Origin: an uncultured Clostridium sp.
GTDB lineage: Bacteria; Bacillota; Clostridia; TANB77; CAG-508
Assembly (NCBI GenBank): GCA_948442365.1
Contig: CAOJRU010000004.1
Span: 4,304-68,303, forward strand
Reading direction: 5' to 3'
DNA length: 64,000 nt
Each line of letters starts with the position of its first letter. Position 1 is the stretch's first letter. The notes below the pieces were generated by a model that worked only from the letters and a program-made list of their open reading frames with translations, made no database searches and was not told the DNA's origin. Shown piece after piece: positions 40,201 through 48,802 of the stretch. Both the position numbers and the translations under genes were made by a program.

Positions 40201-40922
40201 CGTAGTGCTCTGGCTAATCCATTCGTTTTTACCTCTGCTGGACTGTTTCCTGTTGCTCCTATACTAAATAGATTATATAACCCTTTATAAACTACGCCAT
40301 TGGTTCCTAAATATTCTTCTCCTGAACTTAAGGTAGAAGTTCCTGAGCTTCCTTGTTCTTGGATCGTTCTAGTTACCAAGTGAAAGGCATTTATATTATT
40401 GTCACGTGCTGCATTGTAAAGAGCAACTATGTTATCCCAATCTTCTGTTAAAAAAGAATTTTGTGCCGCTATATGAATGGCTTTTGTATCTAACGTACCT
40501 GCAGAAGTATCTAATTTTTGAAATTGAAATATATTTTTGGCATCCAAATATAAGCGTGGATCCATTAAGTATTTTATCGCTTCTTCTGACGCACAATACC
40601 ATCCTGTATCATATAATTTAGAACCACAATCTGGGCATCTCCACTCTTCTGAATAATTATTTGGTACTAGGTTTCTTCCATGAACTCTTTCATTTCTAAT
40701 AACCGTTTCCCAATCTAATTTTGTATATAAAACTTTTATCTTTGGATAAATGGTTTGTAATTGTTTTATTTTATCCTTATAACCAGGATATTTTGCCTCA
40801 TCAATCCCATTGATATCTGAGCTAATAGTAGCAGCTTGTACTTTACCTGTGTATAATAAAATAGCCACTAATACAGCCAATAAAAATATTCCGATTTTCA
40901 TAATCTTATGTACAAATTTCAT
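37278..40922 (-). CDS. secreted peptidoglycan hydrolase: N-terminal GH73-like N-acetylglucosaminidase domain, 7 repeats of a ~125-aa module, and an E/K-rich tail
   Basis: Signal peptide MKFVHKIMKIGIFLLAVLVAILLYTGKVQA. Catalytic region with GQNTLYLQKFDV...GLYWHQY (glucosaminidase-like). The repeats share GDINTDLKT...ILIAEW.NGVAN.P...PEM.IKATDGS...H.GGL.Y.YDRV.D.LD..KEY.IEVKLT. The last ~330 aa are identical to 41207..44530. Confidence 0.65.
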   Translation of the reverse strand: MKFVHKIMKIGIFLLAVLVAILLYTGKVQAATISSDINGIDEAKYPGYKDKIKQLQTIYPKIKVLYTKLDWETVIRNERVHGRNLVPNNYSEEWRCPDCGSKLYDTGWYCASEEAIKYLMDPRLYLDAKNIFQFQKLDTSAGTLDTKAIHIAAQNSFLTEDWDNIVALYNAARDNNINAFHLVTRTIQEQGSSGTSTLSSGEEYLGTNGVVYKGLYNLFSIGATGNSPAEVKTNGLARALRENWTSRSLSIAGGGTFIKDKYLNVGQNTLYLQKFDVDDSYSGLYWHQYMQNLLAAKNEASLMYDAYNRAKLLLNRDFEFVIPIYENMPATLSQEPNPEYYGNINTDLKTMQIGKEADGRSYITGEVLIAEWVNGVACVPKTIPEMTIKSTDRSIVQGINVTHNGGLSYSYYRILDTLDTNKEYYLEAKLTTDKNISTNKTQNVNMPNMTVGEYKGTTIKTKNNKIYFSTGGYIGDINTDLKEIKLNQNAQGRYYISGNMLVAEWKNNVAYVPNSLPELVLKATDGSRNIPMYISHLQGLNYYYDVFIDEIDLSKQYYIEATLTGEDNIGNRKTQTVLLPNKEIGTFKGRTLLLEDNKIKPVYVGNINTDLKTINLAQNEVGRHYIYGEILIAEWINGVANVPEGLPEMIIKATDGSFWTGIHLVHNGGLSYTYDRVVDNLDVTKEYEIEVKLAGINNKGNSKAQIAKLPNKEIGKYDQVKLIAENNKIKMIDGSLYKGDINTDLQTMYIGINEVGKEYLHGNILIAEWVDGMANTPNGLPEMTLKATDGSYSMGMYVAHVGGLNYYYDRVIDNLDIKKEYYIEVKLTGNKNIGTNKQQRANLNASRNVGMFKDKNLTIENNKIVFKGNEYRGDINTDLKTIDLAQNEVGRNYIYGEILIAEWINGVANVPNKLPEMIIKATDGSFWTGMHLAHNGGLSYTYDRVMDNLDSSKEYVIEVKLTNGNNISTNTVQIAKLPNKQIGKYNAIKLVAEDNKIKMKDGSKYKGDINTDLKTMHIDFNEIGREYIHGNILIAEWVDGVANIPNGLPEMTLKATDGSYSMGMHVVHEGGLNYYYDRVVYDLDTSKEYYIEVKLTNNNNTSTNKTQQANMQPNEMVGMFKGNSKIVLRNNKMLFETVTTRTFMMEVPEEKNEVKQETEMQEELPIVDSLPDTMEEETEGELIEKPKDEVKEEPEEKEEIEEEELEEKQIEKNN

Positions 40923-41206
40923 CCTTTTTCACTCCTTTTTATTTCTGAGTTAAGTATATCGTATTTTTCTTTTTTTTTCAACAAATTTCTTTGTATTTTT
41001 CCTGTTAATTTTTGGCATGATTTTCTTACCTTGATTTACTTATTTGGCTATAAAAAGGCCCTTCTAAAATTTTCAAATCTATACAAATTTGGGGAAAATC
41101 TAAGTTCTTACCTAGTTAACGATAAAAAGAGAACCCTTCTCATAAAACCCAAAACTTTTTTGGTTTCATAATTAGAATTCTCTTTCTGTTTATGCCTTTT
41201 TCTAGC

Positions 41207-44200
41207 TTATTTACTCTCTTTCATTTTGTCTTTTTCTTCTTGTGTATCGTTTTTTTCTAACTCTTCTATTTCTTCGCTTTCTTTATCTTCTGCTTTTTCT
41301 TCTTTCTCTTCTTTTTTCTCTTCTTCTATTCTTGTATTTTCTATCGAATCTGTTGTTGGTAACTCTTCTAATATTTCAGTTTCTTGCTTTATTTCTTCTT
41401 TTTCTTCTGGTTTTTCTATCATAAATGTTCTAGTAGTTACTGTTTCAAAAAGCATTTTATTATTTCTTAATACTATTTTACTATTTCCTTTAAACATTCC
41501 TACCATTTCATTTGGTTGCATATTTGCTTGTTGTGTCTTATTGGTCGAAGTATTATTATTGTTTGTTAATTTTACTTCAATGTAATATTCTTTGCTTGTA
41601 TCTAAATCATATACTACTCTATCATAGTAGTAATTTAATCCACCTTCATGTACTACATGCATTCCCATACTATAACTTCCATCCGTTGCTTTTAATGTCA
41701 TTTCTGGCAATCCATTTGGAATATTGGCTACTCCATCTACCCATTCTGCTATTAAAATATTCCCATGTATATATTCTCTTCCTATTTCATTGAAATCAAT
41801 ATGCATTGTCTTTAAGTCTGTATTAATGTCTCCTTTGTATTTGCTTCCATCTTTCATCTTAATCTTATTGTCTTCTGCTACTAATTTAATGGCATTGTAT
41901 TTTCCTATTTGTTTGTTTGGTAATTTAGCAATTTGTACCGTATTGGTTGAAATATTATTTCCATTTGTTAATTTTACTTCTATCACATATTCTTTGCTAC
42001 TGTCTAAATTGTCCATTACTCTGTCATAGGTATAGCTTAATCCTCCATTATGTGCTAGATGCATTCCTGTCCAGAAACTTCCATCGGTTGCTTTAATAAT
42101 CATTTCTGGTAATTTATTTGGTACATTCGCTACACCATTAATCCATTCTGCTATTAAAATTTCTCCATAAATGTAATTTCTTCCTACCTCATTTTGAGCT
42201 AAATCAATTGTTTTTAAATCTGTATTAATATCGCCTCTATATTCATTTCCTTTGAATACTATCTTATTGTTTTCTATGGTTAAGTTTTTGTCTTTGAACA
42301 TACCTACATTTCTTGAAGCATTTAAGTTTGCTCTTTGTTCTTTATTGGTTCCTATATTTTTATTTCCTGTTAATTTTACTTCTATATAATATTCTTTTTT
42401 CGTATCTAAATCATAGATTACTCTGTCATAATAATATTTTAGACCTCCTAAATGTGCTACATGCATTCCCATACTGTAACTTCCATCGGTTGCTTTTAAT
42501 GTCATTTCTGGTAAACCACTTGGAATATTGGCTACCCCATCTATCCATTCTGCTATCAAGATATTTCCATGTATATATTCTCTTCCTACTTCATTTACTC
42601 CAATATACATCGTTTGTAAATCGGTATTGATATCTCCCCTATAAATACTTCCATCTATCATTTTTATTTTATTATTTTCTACTACTAATCTTACTTGATC
42701 ATATCTTCCAATTTCCTTATTTGGCAATTTTGCTATTTGTGCTTTGCTGTTTCCTTTATTATTGATACCTGTTAGTTTTACTTCAATTTCATATTCTTTC
42801 GTTGGATCTAAATTATCCATTACTCGATCGTACGTATAACTTAATCCTCCATTGTGTACTACATGCATACCTGTCCAAAAACTTCCATCCGTTGCTTTGA
42901 TAATCATTTCTGGTAATCCTTCTGGGATATTAGCCACTCCATCCATCCATTCTGCTATTAAAATTTCTCCATAGATATAATGTCTTCCCACTTCATTTCT
43001 GGCTAGGTTAATTGTCTTTAAGTCAGTATTAATAGCTCCTATATATGTTGGTTTTATTTTGTTATCTTCTAGTAATAGTGTTCTTCCTTTAAAAGTTCCA
43101 ATTTCCTTATTTGGTAATACTATAGTTTGTGTCTTTTGCTTTCCTATATTATCTTCTCCTACTAACGTTGCTTCTAAATAATATTGTTTTGCTAAATCTA
43201 ATGTATCTATTGCTACATTGTATTGATAATTAATTCCACTATCATACGTAATATTGACTGGTCTATCGATACTGTTATCTGTTGCTTTTAATCTTACCAC
43301 TGGCATTTTCTTTGGTATATTGGCTACTCCATTCACCCATTCTGCAATATATAGATTGCCTGAAATAGTATTTCCTTTTAGTTCTATTTGTTTTAAATCG
43401 GTATTAATATCTCCTACATATTCACCTGTTGAGAAATAAACTTTATTGTTTTTCGTTTTTATCGTAGTTCCCTTATATTCTCCTACTGTCATATTTGGCA
43501 TATTTATTGTCTGTATTTTATTATTTGATACATTATTAGCTGAAGTTAACTTAGCCTCTAAATAATATTCCCTATTAATATCTAAGGTATCTAATATTCT
43601 ATAATAAGAATAACTCAATCCTCCATTAGGAATCACATTCAATCCTTGTATAACTGCTCCATCGGTTGATTTGATTGTCATTTCTGGTGTACCATTTGGA
43701 ATATTGGCTACTCCATTCACCCATTCTGCTATTAGTACCTCTCCTGTTATATAGCTTCTTCCATCTGCTTCTTTTCCTGTTTGCATCGTTTTTAAATCCG
43801 TATTGATATCTCCTACATAGTCTCTTCTAAATAAATCTTTATTGGCAATAATCGCTTTTGCATCTGCTTCTGCCATTTTGTTTAACATAGCATCATTTAA
43901 ATAATGTTCTCTATCATAAGCGTTATTAATAAAAGCATGTTCTACTAATACAGCTGGAATATCCATATGCATTGGCCAACTTATAATACCATAATAATCA
44001 GCAACCGTTCCATCTGGATAGATGTCATTTGGTGTTCCTACTCTTACTTTTGGCTTAAAAGCAAAAGAACTAACTCCCACATTTCTTAAATTTTGTAATA
44101 TATCTTCTCCTAATTTATTAGAATATTCAAAATATCTTCTTTGTTTGGTATTATGTGTCACATATACTTCTGCTCCTGATAACCTACTAGAAGAATCGTT

Positions 44201-44530
44201 TGAATTAATATGAAAACTTACTAATAAATCGGCATTATTTTCTTTGGCTCTTTGTGCTCTTGGATATCTATCTAGTGTTTCCCAATCTTCCTTTGTTAAA
44301 ATCCCCTTAATTCCTGGTGTGGCATCTAATATTTCCTTTACTCTTACTGCTATTTTCCATGTTAAATCTTTTTCCACTAATGTTCCACCTTGTGCTCCTG
44401 GTTCACTTCCCCCATGTCCTGGATCCAGTGCTACTATAATATCATTTGCTGCATAACTGCATGTAGTAACAAGTAAGCATAACCCCATAAAAATCAATGC
44501 TGTCATTATTTTTATTCTTTTTTCTTTCAT
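41207..44530 (-). CDS. secreted N-acetylmuramoyl-L-alanine amidase (Amidase_3) with 7 repeats of the same ~125-aa module and an E/K-rich tail
   Basis: Signal peptide, then IIVALDPGHGGSEPGA...NADLLVSFHINS (Amidase_3 zinc ligand region). The C-terminal ~1 kb of DNA is near-identical to 37440..38400 (offset 3929; identical embedded track ORFs 37583..37864 and 41512..41793). Confidence 0.75.
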   Translation of the reverse strand: MKEKRIKIMTALIFMGLCLLVTTCSYAANDIIVALDPGHGGSEPGAQGGTLVEKDLTWKIAVRVKEILDATPGIKGILTKEDWETLDRYPRAQRAKENNADLLVSFHINSNDSSSRLSGAEVYVTHNTKQRRYFEYSNKLGEDILQNLRNVGVSSFAFKPKVRVGTPNDIYPDGTVADYYGIISWPMHMDIPAVLVEHAFINNAYDREHYLNDAMLNKMAEADAKAIIANKDLFRRDYVGDINTDLKTMQTGKEADGRSYITGEVLIAEWVNGVANIPNGTPEMTIKSTDGAVIQGLNVIPNGGLSYSYYRILDTLDINREYYLEAKLTSANNVSNNKIQTINMPNMTVGEYKGTTIKTKNNKVYFSTGEYVGDINTDLKQIELKGNTISGNLYIAEWVNGVANIPKKMPVVRLKATDNSIDRPVNITYDSGINYQYNVAIDTLDLAKQYYLEATLVGEDNIGKQKTQTIVLPNKEIGTFKGRTLLLEDNKIKPTYIGAINTDLKTINLARNEVGRHYIYGEILIAEWMDGVANIPEGLPEMIIKATDGSFWTGMHVVHNGGLSYTYDRVMDNLDPTKEYEIEVKLTGINNKGNSKAQIAKLPNKEIGRYDQVRLVVENNKIKMIDGSIYRGDINTDLQTMYIGVNEVGREYIHGNILIAEWIDGVANIPSGLPEMTLKATDGSYSMGMHVAHLGGLKYYYDRVIYDLDTKKEYYIEVKLTGNKNIGTNKEQRANLNASRNVGMFKDKNLTIENNKIVFKGNEYRGDINTDLKTIDLAQNEVGRNYIYGEILIAEWINGVANVPNKLPEMIIKATDGSFWTGMHLAHNGGLSYTYDRVMDNLDSSKEYVIEVKLTNGNNISTNTVQIAKLPNKQIGKYNAIKLVAEDNKIKMKDGSKYKGDINTDLKTMHIDFNEIGREYIHGNILIAEWVDGVANIPNGLPEMTLKATDGSYSMGMHVVHEGGLNYYYDRVVYDLDTSKEYYIEVKLTNNNNTSTNKTQQANMQPNEMVGMFKGNSKIVLRNNKMLFETVTTRTFMIEKPEEKEEIKQETEILEELPTTDSIENTRIEEEKKEEKEEKAEDKESEEIEELEKNDTQEEKDKMKESK

Positions 44531-44588
44531 TTTTTACCTTCCTCTCCTCCTTAATTTTACTATAACGATTTTAAAATAACAATACCAA

Positions 44589-45512
44589 TTAATAACATAT
44601 TTTACTTTTAATGGTTCCTGGTATCCATAATCCTATATATAATAATTTATTAAAAAATCCCTTTACATTTTTAAAAGAATGTTTCGTTTTAGTAAGATAG
44701 GTGAATAAAATAAAATGTTTCATTACATATAATCTTTTTGCAAAAGGAACCCCCCTCATATCATGTTCAAAAATCTCTTTAAAATATTCATAATAACCAT
44801 AAGGGTTTTCCTGTAACTGCTTTTTTATATTTTTCGTATAGCCATCTTCTTGATATTCACAAACCATGATTGGCTCATTACTACATACTATCTTATTTTG
44901 CAAATCCATTTTATGATGCATTCTAGCTTCTGTTACAAATTTTTCTTGTCTTTCTAATTCATATTTATATTTTTTTCTTATATCTGCATAAAAAACTAAG
45001 CATTTTTCGCCATCCTCTCCTTCTTTAAAATACAAATTAAACATGGTTGTTATTCTATTCTTAAAATCATTCCCCATGTTTTGTCCTTTGGTATTGTATT
45101 TTAAAAAACAAATGGCATAAATATTTTTTTCTTGGTTGTTTTCATATTCTTTTTTGATTTTCTCAAATGCCTCTGGCATAAAATAATCATCGGAATCACA
45201 TTCTATGATTAAGTCTCCTTCTGCCTTATCCATCACCTCATTAAGTGCCTTCATTTTTCCCTGATTTTCTTGAAAATAATAGTCAATTTTTATTTTCTTC
45301 TCTTGTTGCCATTTTTTTACTAATGCTAAAGTTTGATCGGTAGAACCATCATCTATTATGAGCCATTGAATTTCTACATCTTTTTTTTGGTTTCTTACGA
45401 TACTTTCATATAAATTTGGCAATAATTTAGCTCTGTTATAGGTTGCTGTTACAATGGAAAGGTTTAACATTTTTAAAATTTTCCTCCTTGTATAAAAATT
45501 TCTATTTTTCAA
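44589..45512 (-). CDS. GT2 family glycosyltransferase
   Basis: LSIVTATYNRAKLL ... WLIIDDGSTDQT ... CDSDDY. Confidence 0.75.
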   Translation of the reverse strand: MKNRNFYTRRKILKMLNLSIVTATYNRAKLLPNLYESIVRNQKKDVEIQWLIIDDGSTDQTLALVKKWQQEKKIKIDYYFQENQGKMKALNEVMDKAEGDLIIECDSDDYFMPEAFEKIKKEYENNQEKNIYAICFLKYNTKGQNMGNDFKNRITTMFNLYFKEGEDGEKCLVFYADIRKKYKYELERQEKFVTEARMHHKMDLQNKIVCSNEPIMVCEYQEDGYTKNIKKQLQENPYGYYEYFKEIFEHDMRGVPFAKRLYVMKHFILFTYLTKTKHSFKNVKGFFNKLLYIGLWIPGTIKSKICY

Positions 45513-46623
45513 TGATTTCTACTATTTTTTCTATGAGCTTTTGATTATCATATGGTACTGTTTTATCTTGTTCCTTATTTTTTTCTTTTTTGCTATCTGT
45601 TACTTGTTTCTTCAAAATTTCTTCTAATCCCTTATAAATACCTTCCTCTGTGTTAGGAAAGATTTGTGCTTTTTCATAATTTTCCACTGTTTCCCTTGCT
45701 GCTGTATCGGTTATTAAAATGGATTGATTTAATATTTTTGCTTCTTCTAGTACCATTGGATATCCTTCAAAATAGGTTAACAAACAAAAATAATCACCTT
45801 GTTTCATATAGGGATATGGATTCTCTTTTTTCCCTAATAACTTAAATGTATTTTCCACTTTTTTCTCTTTTATTAACTTTTCTAATCTTGCTTTTTGAGG
45901 ACCTTCTCCAATGATATAAAAGTTATGTTGAAATCCTTTTTGTATTAATTCACTATGTATTCCTATTAGTCTATCTATTGCCTTTTGTTCTACTAATCTT
46001 GCAACTGTTACAAAATTGACCACGTCTTTTGGAAATATAAAATCTATTTTTTGATTTGACTTTTCTATTACTGTATCTTTTTCTATATAGTTATAAATAA
46101 CTTCTAGTTGATGATTGGTTTTATATTTTTGCTGAAATTTTGCTAAATTATCTTTACTTACAAATACCAATTGTGCAAACTTCTGATAAGCTTTCTTATC
46201 TAACTTATTCTTAATTTTTGCCTTCCAACTTTCTCCAAATACTTTTGTAATGTCATTGTGAATCCAAGCTATTTTCTTATTCTTTTCTCCATAAGCTCCT
46301 ATTATTCTAGTCATTGGTCCTTCTAAAAAAGCAATTTCTTTTTCAAATTTTCCGTTTATATATTTTTTATAAATCTTTTTTTGCGTAAGCAATACTTTTA
46401 TCGCCATGCTCCATTTTTTTCTTTGCGATAATTCGTCAAATCTTTTCTCACAAAAATGCACGATCTTAATTTTATGGGATAATTCTTTTTCTAACTCTCC
46501 TTTTGCATAGAGAGTAAATATGGTAATCTCATATCTATTACACAATTGATTGGCGATATCGACTAAGGTTCTTTCTGCCCCTCCTAATGTTAAACTTGTA
46601 ATTCCAAATAAAATTTTTTTCAT
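45502..46623 (-). CDS. GT-B fold glycosyltransferase (GT1/GT4)
   Basis: N-terminal ILFGITSLTLGGAERTLVDIANQL. 373 aa. Confidence 0.65.
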   Translation of the reverse strand: MKKILFGITSLTLGGAERTLVDIANQLCNRYEITIFTLYAKGELEKELSHKIKIVHFCEKRFDELSQRKKWSMAIKVLLTQKKIYKKYINGKFEKEIAFLEGPMTRIIGAYGEKNKKIAWIHNDITKVFGESWKAKIKNKLDKKAYQKFAQLVFVSKDNLAKFQQKYKTNHQLEVIYNYIEKDTVIEKSNQKIDFIFPKDVVNFVTVARLVEQKAIDRLIGIHSELIQKGFQHNFYIIGEGPQKARLEKLIKEKKVENTFKLLGKKENPYPYMKQGDYFCLLTYFEGYPMVLEEAKILNQSILITDTAARETVENYEKAQIFPNTEEGIYKGLEEILKKQVTDSKKEKNKEQDKTVPYDNQKLIEKIVEIIEK

Positions 46624-46638
46624 TCTTCTTAGTCTCCT

Positions 46639-47595
46639 TTATATGATACTAAATATTTTACAATAAATTGGATAGGTAAAAGCATTAACCGTTCTCATAT
46701 AAAAATTTTTTCCACCTTTTCCTTGTTTCAATATTAAATTTTTCTTCCAGTTTGGAAATTTGGTATTTAAGTTTGTCCAATTTTCTTGTAATACTTTCTT
46801 TCTTACTTTTTTGTTTTGTATTTTTACCATTCGAAGTAAAGAACTACAAAGTAAATATCTGCTATAGATATATTCTAGTTGTAATTGATATTCTTCCCAA
46901 ATTCCTTTTTGTTGATAGTATGTAATCACATGCTCTAGCACATCAAAAATTTCTTTGGTTCGTTCATTTTGTACGTTAGCAATGGATCCTTCTCTTTGTA
47001 CATAATGAATACATGGTTTTTTTAAAAAAGAAATTTTAGTAAGATAAGGAATGAGCCTATAGGTAAACTCTACATCTTCATAATAATACCCTTTTGGAAA
47101 TTGAACTTGCGATGTTTCCAAAATTTCTCTCTTAATTAATTTATTCCATGCCACCACTCTTACTTTTTCTATCATTTCTTTTTTATTATGATAGATTTCT
47201 CCTCTGTCTTCTTTTCTTTTATCTGGATATTCCCAATAAAAATCGCATTCTACCATATCACTTTGTTCTTGTTTAGCTAATTGATACATTTCTTCATAAG
47301 TCGTTAATTCCACATAATCATCAGAATCTAAGAATGCAACATATTCTCCTGTAGCATAAGGTATTCCATAGTTTCTAGCGTCAGATAAACCTCCGTTTTC
47401 TTTTTCCAAATACATTATTTTATTGGGATATCTATTTTGGTATTCTTTGGCTATTTCTCCAGAACCATCTTTTGATCCATCATTTACTAAAATAATTGCA
47501 ATCTCTTTTAAAGACTGATTTATTAAACTTTCTAAGCATTTTTCCAAATGATTTTCTACATTATAAATAGGAACAATAATACTTACTTTTGGCAT
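46639..47595 (-). CDS. GT2 family glycosyltransferase
   Basis: VSIIVPIYNVENHLEKCLESLINQ ... ILVNDGSKDGS ... LDSDDY. Confidence 0.8.
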   Translation of the reverse strand: MPKVSIIVPIYNVENHLEKCLESLINQSLKEIAIILVNDGSKDGSGEIAKEYQNRYPNKIMYLEKENGGLSDARNYGIPYATGEYVAFLDSDDYVELTTYEEMYQLAKQEQSDMVECDFYWEYPDKRKEDRGEIYHNKKEMIEKVRVVAWNKLIKREILETSQVQFPKGYYYEDVEFTYRLIPYLTKISFLKKPCIHYVQREGSIANVQNERTKEIFDVLEHVITYYQQKGIWEEYQLQLEYIYSRYLLCSSLLRMVKIQNKKVRKKVLQENWTNLNTKFPNWKKNLILKQGKGGKNFYMRTVNAFTYPIYCKIFSII

Positions 47596-47624
47596 AATCT
47601 CTCCTTTAATTAGTACTTTTCAGT

Positions 47625-47829
47625 TAATACTGTCAACCTAAAATATTATCCTAAAAAGGAAGACAGTTCGTTCAAGCTAATTTTCGTAGAAATTCTAAAT
47701 CCATTTTATGGCACCCTTCCACGTACAAGACGTGAACTCTTTCCATAAAATGAATTAAGAATTTCTATCTCAATTACTTTCAATTCACTGTCTTCCTTTT
47801 TAGGATAATATTTTAGGTTGACAGTATTA
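47625..47829. repeat. structured intergenic element, family B copy 2 (perfect 43-bp terminal inverted repeats; conserved core hairpin)
   Basis: taatactgtcaacctaaaatattatcctaaaaaggaagacagt and its exact reverse complement 120 nt downstream. The core tagaaattctaaatccattttatgg...ccataaaatgaattaagaatttcta is homologous to 32215..32482. Confidence 0.75.
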
Positions 47830-47848
47830 GTTGAATCGTAACATTAAT

Positions 47849-48802
47849 TTATTTCATTTTTAAATATAATTTGACATTAAATCTTAAAAGGAATCTTTTA
47901 ATTCGTTGCTTCCCATTATATGGCTGTATATTTCGATATAATTTTCTTTCTTTTATCTCTTTGATATATTCTTCAAAATCATTTCCTTTTAAGTTTTTTG
48001 CTTTTATAATAACCGTATTGGTATAATATCTTTTAATTCGTTCTTTTGATTGTTTACTAATATCCATCTTATCAATCTTTTTTACTGCGTTATCATAATG
48101 TAATAAAACATCTTTTACCTTTTTTTTATCTTTTTGATAATCTGAATTTCTCACAATACTATTATTCGTTTGTGAATAATAGTATCCATATTCATTGGTA
48201 GAAACCACACTTTGGGCTTGTATTAGTATTAACGGCGTTAAACCAAAATCCTCGTGATAAGTTCCTACTGTATAGCTAAAATGATAATCCATAAAAAATT
48301 CTCTGCGATATAAATAAATACATGCTACCTCTAAAAAAGTATCTTTGGGACACAATTTTTCAAAAGCTTCTTCTCCTGTACATTTTTCAAATATAGGACC
48401 ATCTAATTTTTGAATTTTATTTTCCTTCTCATCGATTGTTTGCATTTTAAATTTTATTAAATCTATGTTCTGTTCCTCATACTTTTCTAAATTTTTGTAT
48501 AAGTTCTTGTCAATATAATCATCTGAATCAATAAAGGATAAATATTTTCCTGTTGCATGCTGAACGCCATAATTTCTAGCATCGGATAATCCTCCATTTT
48601 CTTTCTTCCAGTATTGTATATTGACATTGTTTTGATTGTTTTCTATCCATTGTTTAATAACGGCTTCTGAATGATCGGTTGAGCCATCATTAATAATTAT
48701 GATTTCTAAATCTTTCATTGTCTGATTTTTAATGGATTCTAGACATCTTTCTACATATTTTTCTGTATTATATACTGGCACAATAACACTTATTTTAGGC
48801 AT
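47849..48802 (-). CDS. GT2 family glycosyltransferase
   Basis: ISVIVPVYNTEKYVERCLESIKNQ ... IIINDGSTDHS ... IDSDDY. Confidence 0.8.
   Translation of the reverse strand: MPKISVIVPVYNTEKYVERCLESIKNQTMKDLEIIIINDGSTDHSEAVIKQWIENNQNNVNIQYWKKENGGLSDARNYGVQHATGKYLSFIDSDDYIDKNLYKNLEKYEEQNIDLIKFKMQTIDEKENKIQKLDGPIFEKCTGEEAFEKLCPKDTFLEVACIYLYRREFFMDYHFSYTVGTYHEDFGLTPLILIQAQSVVSTNEYGYYYSQTNNSIVRNSDYQKDKKKVKDVLLHYDNAVKKIDKMDISKQSKERIKRYYTNTVIIKAKNLKGNDFEEYIKEIKERKLYRNIQPYNGKQRIKRFLLRFNVKLYLKMK

Noticed and set aside
37583-42630. Several identical plus-strand ORFs (37583..37864 = 41512..41793; 37795..38100 = 41724..42029; 42313..42630)
   Set aside because: They are antisense to the autolysin repeat-coding regions. 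Their duplication reflects the identical 1-kb block in the two minus-strand genes, not extra genes.
37278-44530. Possibility that the regular ~375-bp periodic repeats are a CRISPR array or satellite
   Set aside because: The repeats are in-frame protein-coding modules of ~125 aa with diverged copies and no short direct repeats separated by unique spacers.
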